64,000 bases of DNA from an uncultured Gemmatimonadota bacterium (GTDB lineage: Bacteria > SM23-81 > DAOVCL01), in the NCBI GenBank assembly GCA_964626665.1, contig CAZVGK010000003.1:1-64000 (forward strand). Reading direction: 5' to 3'. Numbering within the stretch: position 1 is the first letter of the stretch; the number at the start of each line of letters is the position of its first letter. A program made the position numbers and the translations under genes. The notes under the pieces were generated by a model, which was given only the letters and a program-made list of their open reading frames with translations, was not told where the DNA came from and searched no databases. Shown piece by piece: positions 1-10,248 of this stretch.

Positions 1-105
1 CAAGAGAAATGTCGTTTAATTTCCTTTATATTACAATTTAGCCGATAGTCATGTACTACGAATTTATGAATAGATCGGGTTAGACCCCTTAGAAATTTCG
101 CAGCT

Positions 106-918
106 TCAAATCATCCCATTGGCCTCAACCCATTCCCTGGCCTCCCTGAGGCCAAAGCCAAGGTCTTCTACCCGATGGCAGTCTGAACCAAAGGAAACCG
201 GTCTAAGTCCGAAATCCTTTGCCATAAGAAGGATCTCTTTGCTGGGATAGAAATCGTTAAAAGGTCTCCGTAAGCCAGAGGTATTTACTTCAAAACCCAC
301 CCCGTTCTGGCGCATAAGCCTAAATACCTCATGAATGTAATCCCGATAAATCTCCAATATCTGCGGCCCATACCAATCATAGCCATACCTCTTATAGACA
401 TCGAGATGGGCAATCACTGGAAATAGTCTGCTTTTTACAGCTTTATAAAGGACATCAAAATATGCTTGAGAAAATTCGGATAATTCCTTGTTTTTAAAGT
501 AGCTTGAAGATTCGATCGAGGAAGCAATGGCGATATGGTCGAGACAATGAACAGCCCCTAAGATGAAATCGAAATGATTTTGGGAGAGGAATTCCCTTAA
601 CTTATCCTCGATCTGTGGGGAATAATCGATTTCTAAACCAGCCTTTACATTTAGACCGGAGCTACTATATCTATCCCTGGCCTCCTCTATCTCCCGCCAG
701 TAGTCCCCTATCCAATCCGAATCGAACGATTTAACCTTCCCCCCCACCCTGACGAAATCATCCAAATCTTTCCTTAAAGGATCGGTGTCATAATGGACAG
801 TAAAACATATCTCCTCTATCCCCAACTCCACCGCCCTCTGGCAATAGAGATCAATGGTAGCGTTAGCTTCTACATCCTTGGAGTAGTTGGGATGAACATG
901 GCAATCAGCTAATTTCAT
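106..918 (-). CDS. PHP-domain histidinol-phosphatase (HisJ/HisK family)
   Basis: DCHVH at N-terminus, FTVH, GLEID, LGAVH, IAHLD, FEVNTSG, GSDCH metal-binding motifs. Confidence 0.85.
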   Translation of the reverse strand: MKLADCHVHPNYSKDVEANATIDLYCQRAVELGIEEICFTVHYDTDPLRKDLDDFVRVGGKVKSFDSDWIGDYWREIEEARDRYSSSGLNVKAGLEIDYSPQIEDKLREFLSQNHFDFILGAVHCLDHIAIASSIESSSYFKNKELSEFSQAYFDVLYKAVKSRLFPVIAHLDVYKRYGYDWYGPQILEIYRDYIHEVFRLMRQNGVGFEVNTSGLRRPFNDFYPSKEILLMAKDFGLRPVSFGSDCHRVEDLGFGLREAREWVEANGMI

Positions 919-982
919 TTTATGGGGCTATCGTTTTAATCTTCACTTCCACTTTCCGTTGATACCCCCTTCACCACTTCCC

Positions 983-1016
983 AAAAGCGAGGTGGCAGAA
1001 CCCCGATTCTGCCACC
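983..1016. repeat. REP family A (GGTGGCAGAA-N6-TTCTGCCACC); other copies ~8723-8763, 22836-22868, 36404-36429, 47586-47610, 48608-48641
   Basis: six near-identical palindromes, several with a shared AAAAGCGA flank. Confidence 0.85.
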
Positions 1017-1090
1017 CTCCCCTCTGCCTTAGCCTGGCTTTGAATCGGATCAACTTTTTAGTCAAACCTTTAAATCTGTCCCAGTCAACC

Positions 1091-2590
1091 CTATTGACTT
1101 TCTTCATATTTATCCTCAAGTTGTTTCCATATGTCTTTTGAGTACAAAGGAAGAAGTTTTAACTGTGTTGCAGTAGTATGTGGAGTTATCTCCCTATAAA
1201 GAGTTCTCGCATACTTATTCATCAACTCTGAGTTAAGGATGTAAACTATGTCTTCCATCTTGAACTTCGCGAAAAAATCCCCTTTGGGGAACAAAAGATA
1301 AACATCTGAAATCCATGGATACTTTTTTGAATCAAGAGCAGCTACTACCCTTCCCCCTTTTGTATGTCCAACTGCAATATGCTCTTTAAGGTAAAAACTC
1401 TTTAGAGTTTTTACCTTATCAGATTTAATCCAATAGCCAGAAAAGTTAGTTTCATAATCTATTTTGAAGGGTTTTAGATTTCGCCCATTTAAAATCGGTA
1501 AATACCCATCCAGAAGCTCAGTAGATTTAAACAACTCAGATGTTCTGTTCCTTCGGTTTGATCCACCCGGTTTGTTCGAAAATTTTAGCACATATGGGTT
1601 TTTTTTCACCTCAGGACTTCTTGCAGAGATATAAATATCAAATAAGTTTCCCAGCTTGTAAGAAGCTCCTCGCTCCATTTCTTTAGAAAAATTGTCCTCA
1701 AACTTAATAATCTCGCCGTGATATTCACCCCTTGAAACTGCCAAGTCTCTTTCCCCATTTGAATAATCCCATAACTCCAACCCTTTACTCCCCTTTCGCA
1801 ATTCAAGGATAACAGTGCAAACTTCAGCATCTTTGAAAACCTTTAAACCCAAATAATAAACTATGACTCTACCGTTATAAGCTAAAAATTTTCTCAATTT
1901 CTTAAACTCATCTAATATCATCCAAGTCGCTGGAATGATAAATACCAATTTGCCTTCTCTTTTAAGAAGATCAACTGATTTTTCTATGAAGAGACCATAG
2001 ATATTATACTTCCCATACCAGGTTCTAAACAGACCTTTATATTTCTCTTTCAATTCTTTTGTTACCGGTATGGGATAATGTTTGTTTTGGCCCATTATTC
2101 CATAAGGGGGATTCCCAATTACAAGATCAAAGTCTGGATTAAGTTTTGCAAGGAGAAAATCTTCCACTAAAACAGGAATCTTCCCATAGTTCCCTTTAAA
2201 CCCACGGAGTTGCAGATAGGAATATACATAGTCATTAACTTCATCAGCGATTTTCTTTGTGCTTTCTACCCCGAAAATATTTTTTGATAAATTAATCTCC
2301 TTTGGATTATTGAGAATGTATCTTTCTAAAATTCTTGCCAAAAATTGTCCCAGACCACAAGCTGGCTCCAATGCTTTTCCAGTCTGGAATCCGCTTATCT
2401 TCACCATTAAGTCAATAACTTCATCAGGAGTAAAAAATAATCCAAATTCTTTCCGCACATCCTCATATTTCCTCAGTATTTCAAATTCCATAAATTTGTG
2501 ATCCAGTTTTTCATCTAATTTCAGGGAGGTCTGCGTTTCCATATCATCCAATCTTTTGCATTTTAAAGTTCCACCGAACCCTTTTACCAC
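1091..2590 (-). CDS. N6-adenine DNA methyltransferase, M.TaqI-like (gamma class); true start may be ATG 2542
   Basis: FFTP, LEPACGLGQFL, GNPPYG, TWYGKYNIYG, PATW, plus a TaqI-type TRD (ARSPE, GRNLKP, HTKGGRVVAA, YPW, TLYREITPH); visibly AT-richer than neighbours. Confidence 0.88.
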   Translation of the reverse strand: MVKGFGGTLKCKRLDDMETQTSLKLDEKLDHKFMEFEILRKYEDVRKEFGLFFTPDEVIDLMVKISGFQTGKALEPACGLGQFLARILERYILNNPKEINLSKNIFGVESTKKIADEVNDYVYSYLQLRGFKGNYGKIPVLVEDFLLAKLNPDFDLVIGNPPYGIMGQNKHYPIPVTKELKEKYKGLFRTWYGKYNIYGLFIEKSVDLLKREGKLVFIIPATWMILDEFKKLRKFLAYNGRVIVYYLGLKVFKDAEVCTVILELRKGSKGLELWDYSNGERDLAVSRGEYHGEIIKFEDNFSKEMERGASYKLGNLFDIYISARSPEVKKNPYVLKFSNKPGGSNRRNRTSELFKSTELLDGYLPILNGRNLKPFKIDYETNFSGYWIKSDKVKTLKSFYLKEHIAVGHTKGGRVVAALDSKKYPWISDVYLLFPKGDFFAKFKMEDIVYILNSELMNKYARTLYREITPHTTATQLKLLPLYSKDIWKQLEDKYEESQ

Positions 2591-4197
2591 TTATAGCTAA
2601 GGCCCAGGAGGCCATTTATCCCTGGTTCTCTGTAGTCTTTCCAGATTTCATATCTGCGATTAGCGAGGTTATTTCCCTCAAAAAACACTTTAAAATGATC
2701 GTTCAAATTCTTGTTCATTTTGAAGTTAACCAGATAATAAGATGAAAGGCGTTCATCTGAAATTGATGAGCCATATCTCCTGCTGTGATATTCGCTCTCC
2801 AGCCAGCAGTTTATCCCCCATCTCAGGGGAAAGTCCAAGGCCAAGGAGATGCCAAGCTTCTCCCAATAGGGGATATGCCAGGTTGATAGGCTATCCCCTC
2901 TGGTTAGATCAGCATCTCTGAGCACAAGGGAGAACTCCACATTTAAATTTGGATAAGGGGAAAATCTGAGGAACAGGTTATTCTCTAAGATCCTTATCTC
3001 AGGAAAGGATCCAAGCCTAAAGAGACCGGAATCCCCTTCCCAGAAGAGATAGTCCCTGATTTGTTGGTGAACCACAACATCCCTGAGGAAGAGACCCCCC
3101 TTCACTTCATACTCCATCCCCAAAGATACCCTTACCCTCACATCCTCCCACCTCTCCCTTTGGGGAAAGTAGAAGTATGGGTTCTGAGAGAAACTATCCC
3201 TGAGTAAGTGGGGGGTGAGACCGCCTGATAGATGGAGAGAGAAACCTACCCCTCTTTTGGGGATATAGTTTAGGTGAAAAAAGGGAGAGAACCTCTGCTC
3301 TTTCCCCCCTTGATGGAGAAGTTGACCTTTGAGACCGACCCCCAGATGGCCTTTTTTCGTTAAAGGGAACTGACCTTCAACCCTCGCCTCCCAGAGGTTT
3401 TCCCTGTTTTTTAGTTCGAAGCTACGCAGTTGGATGTCAGAGAGAAGAGATATATTCCGGTAGCTGGTCAGCCCCCCCAGTCTGACACCCCAAATTCTCT
3501 CTCGCCGAGATGAAGAGGAAACCCCACTCTCTCTATCCTCTGCCTTATCCTCTTGGTATCCCAGACCTACCTCCCAGCTATACCTTCCGTTTCTCTTTAT
3601 ATCAAAGTTTAAATCAACCTTTTGAAGTTCCCTTCTCCTTTGGGGATAGAACGAGCCGTAGAGACCGAATTCCCTTTGACTGTAGCTCAGGTTTGAGGCC
3701 AGGTTAAGCAAATCGGTAAAGGAATATCCCAAGGAAGTCCCCATCCCCAGGTTCCAATGATCGGCGTATCTCTCGTGTCCTCGACTGCTCTCATAGGATA
3801 ATCTCAAGCGATAGTTAAAATCGTTAACCGACTGAGACCTCCAGCCGCCAAGGCGGAAGGTGTGGAACCGGCCATATCCGGTGTAGACCTGGTTTAAGAA
3901 AGGCCTCAAGTGAGTTGATGCGGAGGATAACCTTGGAAACCTTACCTCAGTTAGTGGCTTGAATGACCTAAGCTTAGGATAGGCAACCTTTATCTCCCCT
4001 TCGCTTAACTTTACCCCCCCCTTCTGTCTGGTTACATCCTCCCCATAGATGATCACATCGGGAATCCTCACGGTATATTCAGCAGAATCCGGAGGGATAA
4101 CCCTTGAGCTATCCTCTTGGGCAAAGGCCCCACTGGCTCCAAGAGCCAGAAGGACAAAAAGACAAGTTATTAGAATCTCTTTATCCAATCGCTTCAT
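2584..4197 (-). CDS. outer-membrane beta-barrel protein (TonB-dependent-receptor-like)
   Basis: signal peptide (GAFA-Q), alternating beta-strand pattern, GNNLANRRY near C-terminus, terminal GLSYKW. Confidence 0.7.
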   Translation of the reverse strand: MKRLDKEILITCLFVLLALGASGAFAQEDSSRVIPPDSAEYTVRIPDVIIYGEDVTRQKGGVKLSEGEIKVAYPKLRSFKPLTEVRFPRLSSASTHLRPFLNQVYTGYGRFHTFRLGGWRSQSVNDFNYRLRLSYESSRGHERYADHWNLGMGTSLGYSFTDLLNLASNLSYSQREFGLYGSFYPQRRRELQKVDLNFDIKRNGRYSWEVGLGYQEDKAEDRESGVSSSSRRERIWGVRLGGLTSYRNISLLSDIQLRSFELKNRENLWEARVEGQFPLTKKGHLGVGLKGQLLHQGGKEQRFSPFFHLNYIPKRGVGFSLHLSGGLTPHLLRDSFSQNPYFYFPQRERWEDVRVRVSLGMEYEVKGGLFLRDVVVHQQIRDYLFWEGDSGLFRLGSFPEIRILENNLFLRFSPYPNLNVEFSLVLRDADLTRGDSLSTWHIPYWEKLGISLALDFPLRWGINCWLESEYHSRRYGSSISDERLSSYYLVNFKMNKNLNDHFKVFFEGNNLANRRYEIWKDYREPGINGLLGLSYKW

Positions 4198-4443
4198 GAA
4201 TTTAGTCGCCTTTGGTGGAACTTTTCTGACGGGATAACAGGATTTACAAGATCTTTATCCAAGATTACACAAGAAGAAACTGAATGACACCGAAACCACT
4301 GAAAAATTGAAAAATCATAATGCACATTCTTCTTCAGGGTTTCTTACTTTACCAGTGATTTTCAGGGTTTAATGAACAACACGGGGTTGTTATTTATCCT
4401 GTTCCTCCTGTCAATCCTGTCTAAAAATGGAATCCCTTTACTA
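4198..4443 (+). mobile_element. non-autonomous modular element (GAACTTAG...AAAATGGGAAT); relatives ~16616-16725, 20648-20903, ~29870-29921, 31205-31412, 33994-34045
   Basis: shared asymmetric ends enclosing inverted GACAGGATAACAGGAT/ATCCTGTCAATCCTGTC arms; 4198 and 31205 copies align over ~200 bp. Confidence 0.65.
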
Positions 4444-4448
4444 TTAAA

Positions 4449-7400
4449 TTACTTCCCTTTAAGGGAGTCAAGCCTGGCCTTAGCCTTCTCTCTGGTTTTC
4501 TCCCCGTAGTTTCCCTTCAATATGGAAAGGTAGATCTTTTTCGCCTGGGCCCATTTTCCCTCCTTCTCATAGAGGGAAGAGGCCTCGAAGAGGGCCCGGG
4601 CGGCCCAATCAGGATATCCGGGGTAGAGATATTTGACCTTGAGAAGCTCCACCACTGCCTTATTCAGATCGCCTTTCCGGGAATAAGCTAAGCCAATTTG
4701 ATATTGGGCCTGGGCAGCCAACTCGTCTGATCTGTCCTTAATCACCTGCTGGAACCGTTCCAGGCCAAGGGAGAACTTCCCCTCGTCTATGAGGATCTTA
4801 CCCATTTCCAACCTGGCCCTGTAGGCCACTGCCTGACCTTGGTTCCCCGCGATTATCCTCTGAAAATGCTCCTTGGCCTTCCCCACCTCGTTTAACCTGA
4901 GATAACAGATCCCCACCTGAAAAATGGCCTCTGCACTGGAAGGGCTTTGAGGAAAACCCTTAAGCAGGAGCTGATATTGGGCCAGAGCGTCCTTAATTTT
5001 CCCCCCTTGAAAGTAGATCGTCCCTAACCTGTAAATGGCCTCTGCGGTTTGAGGATGGCGGGGATAGTCCTTAACCTGAGTCTGAAAGGAAGTGATTGCC
5101 TGAGCAACCTTCCCTTCTTTGAGTTGAGACAATCCAATCCAGTACCAGCCCTCTTTAGCCTGCGGGCTTCCCTTATAGAGGGAGAGAAGCTGCCTAAACT
5201 CCTCTTTAGCCTTAGCAAACATCTTCGCATTAAGGTATAGCTGGCCCTTCTTTAGCTGCAGCCTGGAACCCAACCCTGGCTGAAGGTGTAGGGAGATGAA
5301 GGAATCGGTTACCGCTATGGCCCGATCAAGCCTCCCCTGCTGCAGCAGACAGTATTGGATACCCTCCACGGCATCGCCGACCAGATCTTCCTGGGGGGAT
5401 TTGGAGATGACTTCCTTATACTGGACGATGGCCTGATCATACTCTCCCAGGTTGTAGAGACAATCTCCGATGAAATAGCGAACGCCATCTACTAAACCGC
5501 TTTGTGGGTAAGTCCTCAGTAACTTTTTATAGTCAGAGATGGCTGCCTTAAAGTCGGAAAGCCTGAAATCACTCTTGGCTTTCATATAGAGGGCATCATC
5601 TGCCAAGGGGGATTGCGAGTAGAGGGTAGAAAGGCTATCAAAGTTAGCCTTGGCCTCCGCGAAGAGGGAAAGCTTATAGTTGGATTGTCCTATCTTGTAG
5701 AGGGTCTCTGCCCTCCTCTTATCGGATAAGCGGGCGGTCTCCTCGTATGCCTTTTTGGCCTTTGGAAACCTCTTTAAATTGAAGTAGCAATCGCCAATCA
5801 TTAGTTGGGCATCAACCCGGGTGGCCAGAGGTGATTTAGGGCCCAAAGCCTTACCGAACTCATCCAAAGAGAGCCAGAATTTAGATAGTTTAAAATCTGA
5901 CCAACCCATACCATACCAAGCCCTGGGGATCTTATCTGAATTGGGGAAGCTCTTTATAAAATCCTGATAATTTCTCCTTGCCCTCTTATATTCACCAAGC
6001 TGGTAAAAGGACTCCGCCAGCCAAAGTTTGGCCTCCTGAGCTAGATCACCCTGAGGGCCCTTTTTAGTGAGATCGCTAAAGACTTGAGATGCTAACTTGT
6101 AGTCCTTAAGTTGAAAGAGACACCACCCCAGCTTGAAGCTGGCCTTGTTAGCTAAATCGGCACCGGGTTTGAGATTTAAGAGGGCCTGGAAGGAGGTTTT
6201 GGCCTTCTCCAACTCCCCTTCTGCAATCCAACACTCACCACTCATATATTGGGCAGATAGGCGGATATTCGCCTGGGGATAATCATCCCCAATGCGGCTA
6301 AAGCTGAGGTTTGCCTGGGTATAATCTCCCTTTTGGAATTGGATAAGGCCCAGTTGGTAGAGGGCATCTGGGACCTGATGGCTCGCTGGATAGTCGAGGA
6401 TAACCCGCCGGAAATCTTGGATGGCCAAATCTCTGTTCCCTTGGCGAAGATAGCACTTTCCCCTCTCATACTTGGCCTGGGGGGAAAGTGAGCTTTGAGG
6501 GTAAACCTTCAAAAGTTGGGAAAACCTCTTGATTCCAGCCTCATAGTCCCCAAGCTTTAGATTACACCAACCCAGGCCATACAGGGCTTGCGGTTGATAC
6601 CCGGACTTGGGAAAGGCATCCAAAAAACGGGCATACTCCTCTTTGGCCTCTTCATATTTGCTCTCTTGATATAGATTTTCCCCCAGGAGAAATCGGGCCT
6701 TCTCCGCTTCCTGGACCCCCGGATAGTCGTCAAGGGCAGCTCTGAGGGCCTTAAGGGATTGGGTATAATCCTTGTTCAGATAGTACATCTCCCCTATCTG
6801 AAAACGGGCCGATGGTATGAGCTTACTCTGAGGAAAATCAGAGATCAACCTTCGATAGTCCTTAATAGCCTGGTCATATTCCCCCTCTTCACCCTTTATC
6901 CAGGCTAAAGAGTAGAGGGCATAATCGGCCATATCGGAATTAGGATATCTACTCAAGAGGCTCTCGTAAGCCTGGATTGCCTTTCCGGAATGGCCCAGCT
7001 TATATTCCGCCTCTCCCAACCAATAGTAGATCTTTGCTCGCAAAGGGGTGTGGGGATTTTGGGAGAGAAAACCCCTTAACCAGGAGGCTGATCCTTCATA
7101 ATCCTTTAATCTGAACTTACACTCCCCAATGCGGAGGTTGACCGTATCCCGCAGATCAATAGCCGGATAATTGACCAGGAGCTTCTCATAATCGGCAATT
7201 GCCTGTTTAAACCCACCCAAGAGAAACTCCGATTCCCCCTTGTAGAAGAGGGCCTGAGGGGTATGGGAGCTATGAGGATAGTCTTGGAGGAACCTAGCAA
7301 ACCTTTGGGAGGCCAACTGATAGAGGCCATCTTGGTAGAGACCAAATGCGATGGAGAAATCTTCCCTTTCACTTCCCCAGGCCAAATGAGGGAGCATAAC

Positions 7401-7463
7401 GCTCAGCAGAAGTAGCAGAAGGAGGATAATTAGACTCAGCGACATCTTTCTACCCGAAATCAT
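4449..7463 (-). CDS. exported long TPR-repeat protein (CpoB/BamD-like repeats)
   Basis: signal peptide followed by >20 TPR units of the 'YPxS...A.Y..G' type. Confidence 0.85.
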   Translation of the reverse strand: MISGRKMSLSLIILLLLLLLSVMLPHLAWGSEREDFSIAFGLYQDGLYQLASQRFARFLQDYPHSSHTPQALFYKGESEFLLGGFKQAIADYEKLLVNYPAIDLRDTVNLRIGECKFRLKDYEGSASWLRGFLSQNPHTPLRAKIYYWLGEAEYKLGHSGKAIQAYESLLSRYPNSDMADYALYSLAWIKGEEGEYDQAIKDYRRLISDFPQSKLIPSARFQIGEMYYLNKDYTQSLKALRAALDDYPGVQEAEKARFLLGENLYQESKYEEAKEEYARFLDAFPKSGYQPQALYGLGWCNLKLGDYEAGIKRFSQLLKVYPQSSLSPQAKYERGKCYLRQGNRDLAIQDFRRVILDYPASHQVPDALYQLGLIQFQKGDYTQANLSFSRIGDDYPQANIRLSAQYMSGECWIAEGELEKAKTSFQALLNLKPGADLANKASFKLGWCLFQLKDYKLASQVFSDLTKKGPQGDLAQEAKLWLAESFYQLGEYKRARRNYQDFIKSFPNSDKIPRAWYGMGWSDFKLSKFWLSLDEFGKALGPKSPLATRVDAQLMIGDCYFNLKRFPKAKKAYEETARLSDKRRAETLYKIGQSNYKLSLFAEAKANFDSLSTLYSQSPLADDALYMKAKSDFRLSDFKAAISDYKKLLRTYPQSGLVDGVRYFIGDCLYNLGEYDQAIVQYKEVISKSPQEDLVGDAVEGIQYCLLQQGRLDRAIAVTDSFISLHLQPGLGSRLQLKKGQLYLNAKMFAKAKEEFRQLLSLYKGSPQAKEGWYWIGLSQLKEGKVAQAITSFQTQVKDYPRHPQTAEAIYRLGTIYFQGGKIKDALAQYQLLLKGFPQSPSSAEAIFQVGICYLRLNEVGKAKEHFQRIIAGNQGQAVAYRARLEMGKILIDEGKFSLGLERFQQVIKDRSDELAAQAQYQIGLAYSRKGDLNKAVVELLKVKYLYPGYPDWAARALFEASSLYEKEGKWAQAKKIYLSILKGNYGEKTREKAKARLDSLKGK

Positions 7464-8460
7464 AGATCCTCCCTCCCATCATTACAGATTCTTGGTAGCG
7501 GCTAAGCCTCTCCATTACCTCTGCCGCCTTCTCCATCCCATATATCTCCTTCCTCAAGATGGAACCTTGAGGGAGACCTTTGGTGTACCAGGCTATATGT
7601 TTTCTCATCTCCCTTACCGCTCTGAACTCTCCCATCTCCTCCAAGGCTAGGTCATAATGCTCCAGACAGAGCTTGATTTTCTCCTGGAAGCTCGGCATCT
7701 TAGGTGGGCGCTCTCCCTGCAAATGGGCCTCTGCCTGAGAGAATATCCAGGGGTTCCCCAACGCACCTCTACCAATCATAACTCCATCGCACCCAGTTGT
7801 CAAGATCATCTTTTGGGCCCTCTCGGGGCTACGCACATCTCCATTGCCCATAACCGGAATGGAAACTCTACCCTTTATTTTGCTTATTATTCCCCAATTG
7901 GCCTTTCCAGAAAACTTCTTACTTGCTGTGCGTCCATGAATAATCACTCCTCTTATCCCATAGTCCTCAGCAAGCTTGGCTAATTGTAAGGCAACAATGG
8001 ATCTACTATCCCATCCTATCCTCATCTTCAAGGTAACCGGTATGGGAGTGGCCCTCACCACTGCCTCGATTATCCTGCGGGAGAGGTTGATGTCCCTGAG
8101 AAGGGAGGCCCCTGCCCCTTTCCTGGTTACCTTGCGGGCGGGACAACCGAAGTTGAGATCGATGAGGTCAGGCTTAACTTCGGAGACAATCTGAGCGGCT
8201 TGGGCCATAACCTGGGGGTTTGCGCCCAACAACTGGATACCGATGGGTCTTTCCTCCTGCCGAAACTGCAGCATACGCAAGGTGCGATGGTTTCCTCTAA
8301 CCAACCCATCAGCGCTAATGGCCTCACTAAAAACCAGGGCCGCCCCATGTCTCCTTACTATCCTGCGGAATATCGAGTTAGTCACCCCGGACATCGGGGC
8401 CAGGAGAAACTTCCCCACAAGGGAGACATCACCTATTTTTAAGGTCTTATCCGTTGCCAA
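7450..8460 (-). CDS. dusB: tRNA dihydrouridine synthase
   Basis: LAPMSGVT, IDLNFGCP, GAGASLL, IHGRT, GNGDV, MIGRGALGNPW. Confidence 0.92.
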   Translation of the reverse strand: MATDKTLKIGDVSLVGKFLLAPMSGVTNSIFRRIVRRHGAALVFSEAISADGLVRGNHRTLRMLQFRQEERPIGIQLLGANPQVMAQAAQIVSEVKPDLIDLNFGCPARKVTRKGAGASLLRDINLSRRIIEAVVRATPIPVTLKMRIGWDSRSIVALQLAKLAEDYGIRGVIIHGRTASKKFSGKANWGIISKIKGRVSIPVMGNGDVRSPERAQKMILTTGCDGVMIGRGALGNPWIFSQAEAHLQGERPPKMPSFQEKIKLCLEHYDLALEEMGEFRAVREMRKHIAWYTKGLPQGSILRKEIYGMEKAAEVMERLSRYQESVMMGGRIYDFG

Positions 8461-9271
8461 TATACCACACCCTCTAACTATCTACAAGCCTTTTTTCATC
8501 CTAAGCTCAAGCCGAAAAAGCCGGCCGAGGCCACTAAACCCTGGCTGTTTGGGAATCAAACTTATTACATAAGCATCAAAGCTTAGCGACCTTGGGGCGG
8601 AATCTATAGAAGCAAATAAACGCGGATCATCAGGATTTATAACAAATGAATGGTCAGATGCCCTCACCTGACCGTTTCCCACCGAGCCGTCAGGTACCCT
8701 CACCTGAAGGCAAGGGAAAAGCGGGGCAGAATCAGGGTTCTGCCACCTCGCTTTTGGGAAGTGACAGCTTAGGCTGGCCGCGCGTTTGCAATTTGTGAAT
8801 AGAGCGGGCGGAAAATGGAAGGTTTGAATCTCGAATTTTTTAGAAATGCTCAGCCATCAACGGCAAAAATACTATTTCCGTGGGCAAATGGCAAGGAAAA
8901 AATATGGAGAAGATCTATACTTAAGAACTCACTCCCCACATCGGCCCCTTGTGACCTCGGTTATATTCCTTCCTCCCCTGGCGGGAGGAAGTTAGGAGGA
9001 AGGGGGTTAGTGCCGTCAGGACTCTGGCCCTGACGGAAAACGCAGGCTGAAGTCTGCGACTACCAAGAGGGGAATGAGAGCGAGGGAGTTTCACCCTTAT
9101 CCTTCGGTATAGTTTCGCGAGATGAGGAAAGATCTATGCCTACTCACAATTGGCTAACCGCTGAGAGCTGATTGCTGATCCCTGAGCCCCAGATAGCTGA
9201 GCGATCTAGACCCGGAGGAACTTCTGGAGGTGGTAACCTTACGGGGTTTTCCGTCCAAAAAATAAAAAACC

Positions 9272-9300
9272 TTGACAAGTCCACTTTGACTTGTTATTAT
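9272..9300 (+). promoter_or_regulatory. sigma70-type promoter upstream of riboswitch-like element
   Basis: TTGACA-17 bp-TATTAT with extended TG. Confidence 0.6.
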
Positions 9301-9374
9301 TATTTACAAATGGGGAATAAGAGGGTATTTCTTGGTATTAACTGGGGAGACAAATAAGGAACCCATTTAGTTTG

Positions 9375-9520
9375 TGACTCCGACAAGTGGAATCAGTGTA
9401 AACCGGGGGGACACGAAGCCAGGGGGGATCTGAAGTTGTTCTCAAAGCAGACAAATTTCAAGGGCCTTTTTACCAATCTTGTTTATCAAGGGTTTGGGGG
9501 GATAGCCGGCTTGCCAAAGA
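9375..9520 (+). ncRNA. variant/degenerate c-di-GMP-I (GEMM-I)-like riboswitch aptamer
   Basis: GT...TCAGT-GTAA-ACCGG...GACACGAAGCCAGGG...TCTGA...GATAGCCGGCTTGCC resembles the GEMM-I pattern GACGCAAAGCC..GGGTCT...GAYAGC.GGGYTGCC. Confidence 0.55.
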
Positions 9521-9547
9521 ACCATAAGGTAAGCCGGTCTTTTATTT
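9505..9547 (+). terminator. intrinsic terminator overlapping 3' end of the aptamer
   Basis: CCGGCTTGCC / GGTAAGCCGG stem followed by TCTTTTATTT. Confidence 0.6.
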
Positions 9548-10248
9548 GAGGAGAGTTTCATCCACAGATTATGTGGATTAAGAAAAAGTCAACTGGGGCT
9601 GAAAGAGAACTTAAACTGACCTATTCGTAGGCTATTCAAGTATATATAGCTTGTTGGGACTTGAAATTTTATGGATGATTCAGCAGGGATAGACTCCAGG
9701 TTTCTCCACTCCCTGTGAAAAATATGGGAAGTGCCCCTGTATCAAGCTAAGATTTAGAGGCAATCAGCAGATAAATGATACAGGCTAAGAGCCCTAACAT
9801 CGGTGTGGGTAGCCTTGCGTGCAGGACCAGGGGCGGTAAGTCGAAGACACAAGCGCGGCCTCTCTTCTCTTAGAGGGGTGAGTATGGTTGTCCCTTTTTC
9901 GTTTGCAGGTTAGGGCAATCATGAAGAGCGGCAGCGAAGCGAGTAGCAAGGGTATTGCAACACTGTCGGATGTAAACAATAATATGGGAAAAGAAAGGAG
10001 GGCCTATGGAATTTAAAACAGACCTTTAAGGATTTAACATGACCACAAAGAAAAGGGGGTGATAAACCGCTAAACATCAGGCTCATCTGGGAAATTAGGT
10101 GAAATGGCCAAGAACTTGTCTTTGGGGTATATTCAATAAACCACAAGATATCAGGCAAGACAAGTATTCGTATAGATGTCCATAACTCACTTCACCTAAA
10201 TCCCTATATAAGTCAAACATCAAGCAGTTATTTTCAGGAGGTAAAAAA

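Noticed and set aside
9791..9916. GCCCTAAC...GTTAGGGC as a 126-bp attC site
   Set aside because: R boxes are perfectly complementary but there are no complementary L boxes or internal hairpin
9910..9970. Second (c-di-GMP-II-like) riboswitch
   Set aside because: Only scattered words match; no GGCAC/GTGCAA pseudoknot or kink-turn pairing
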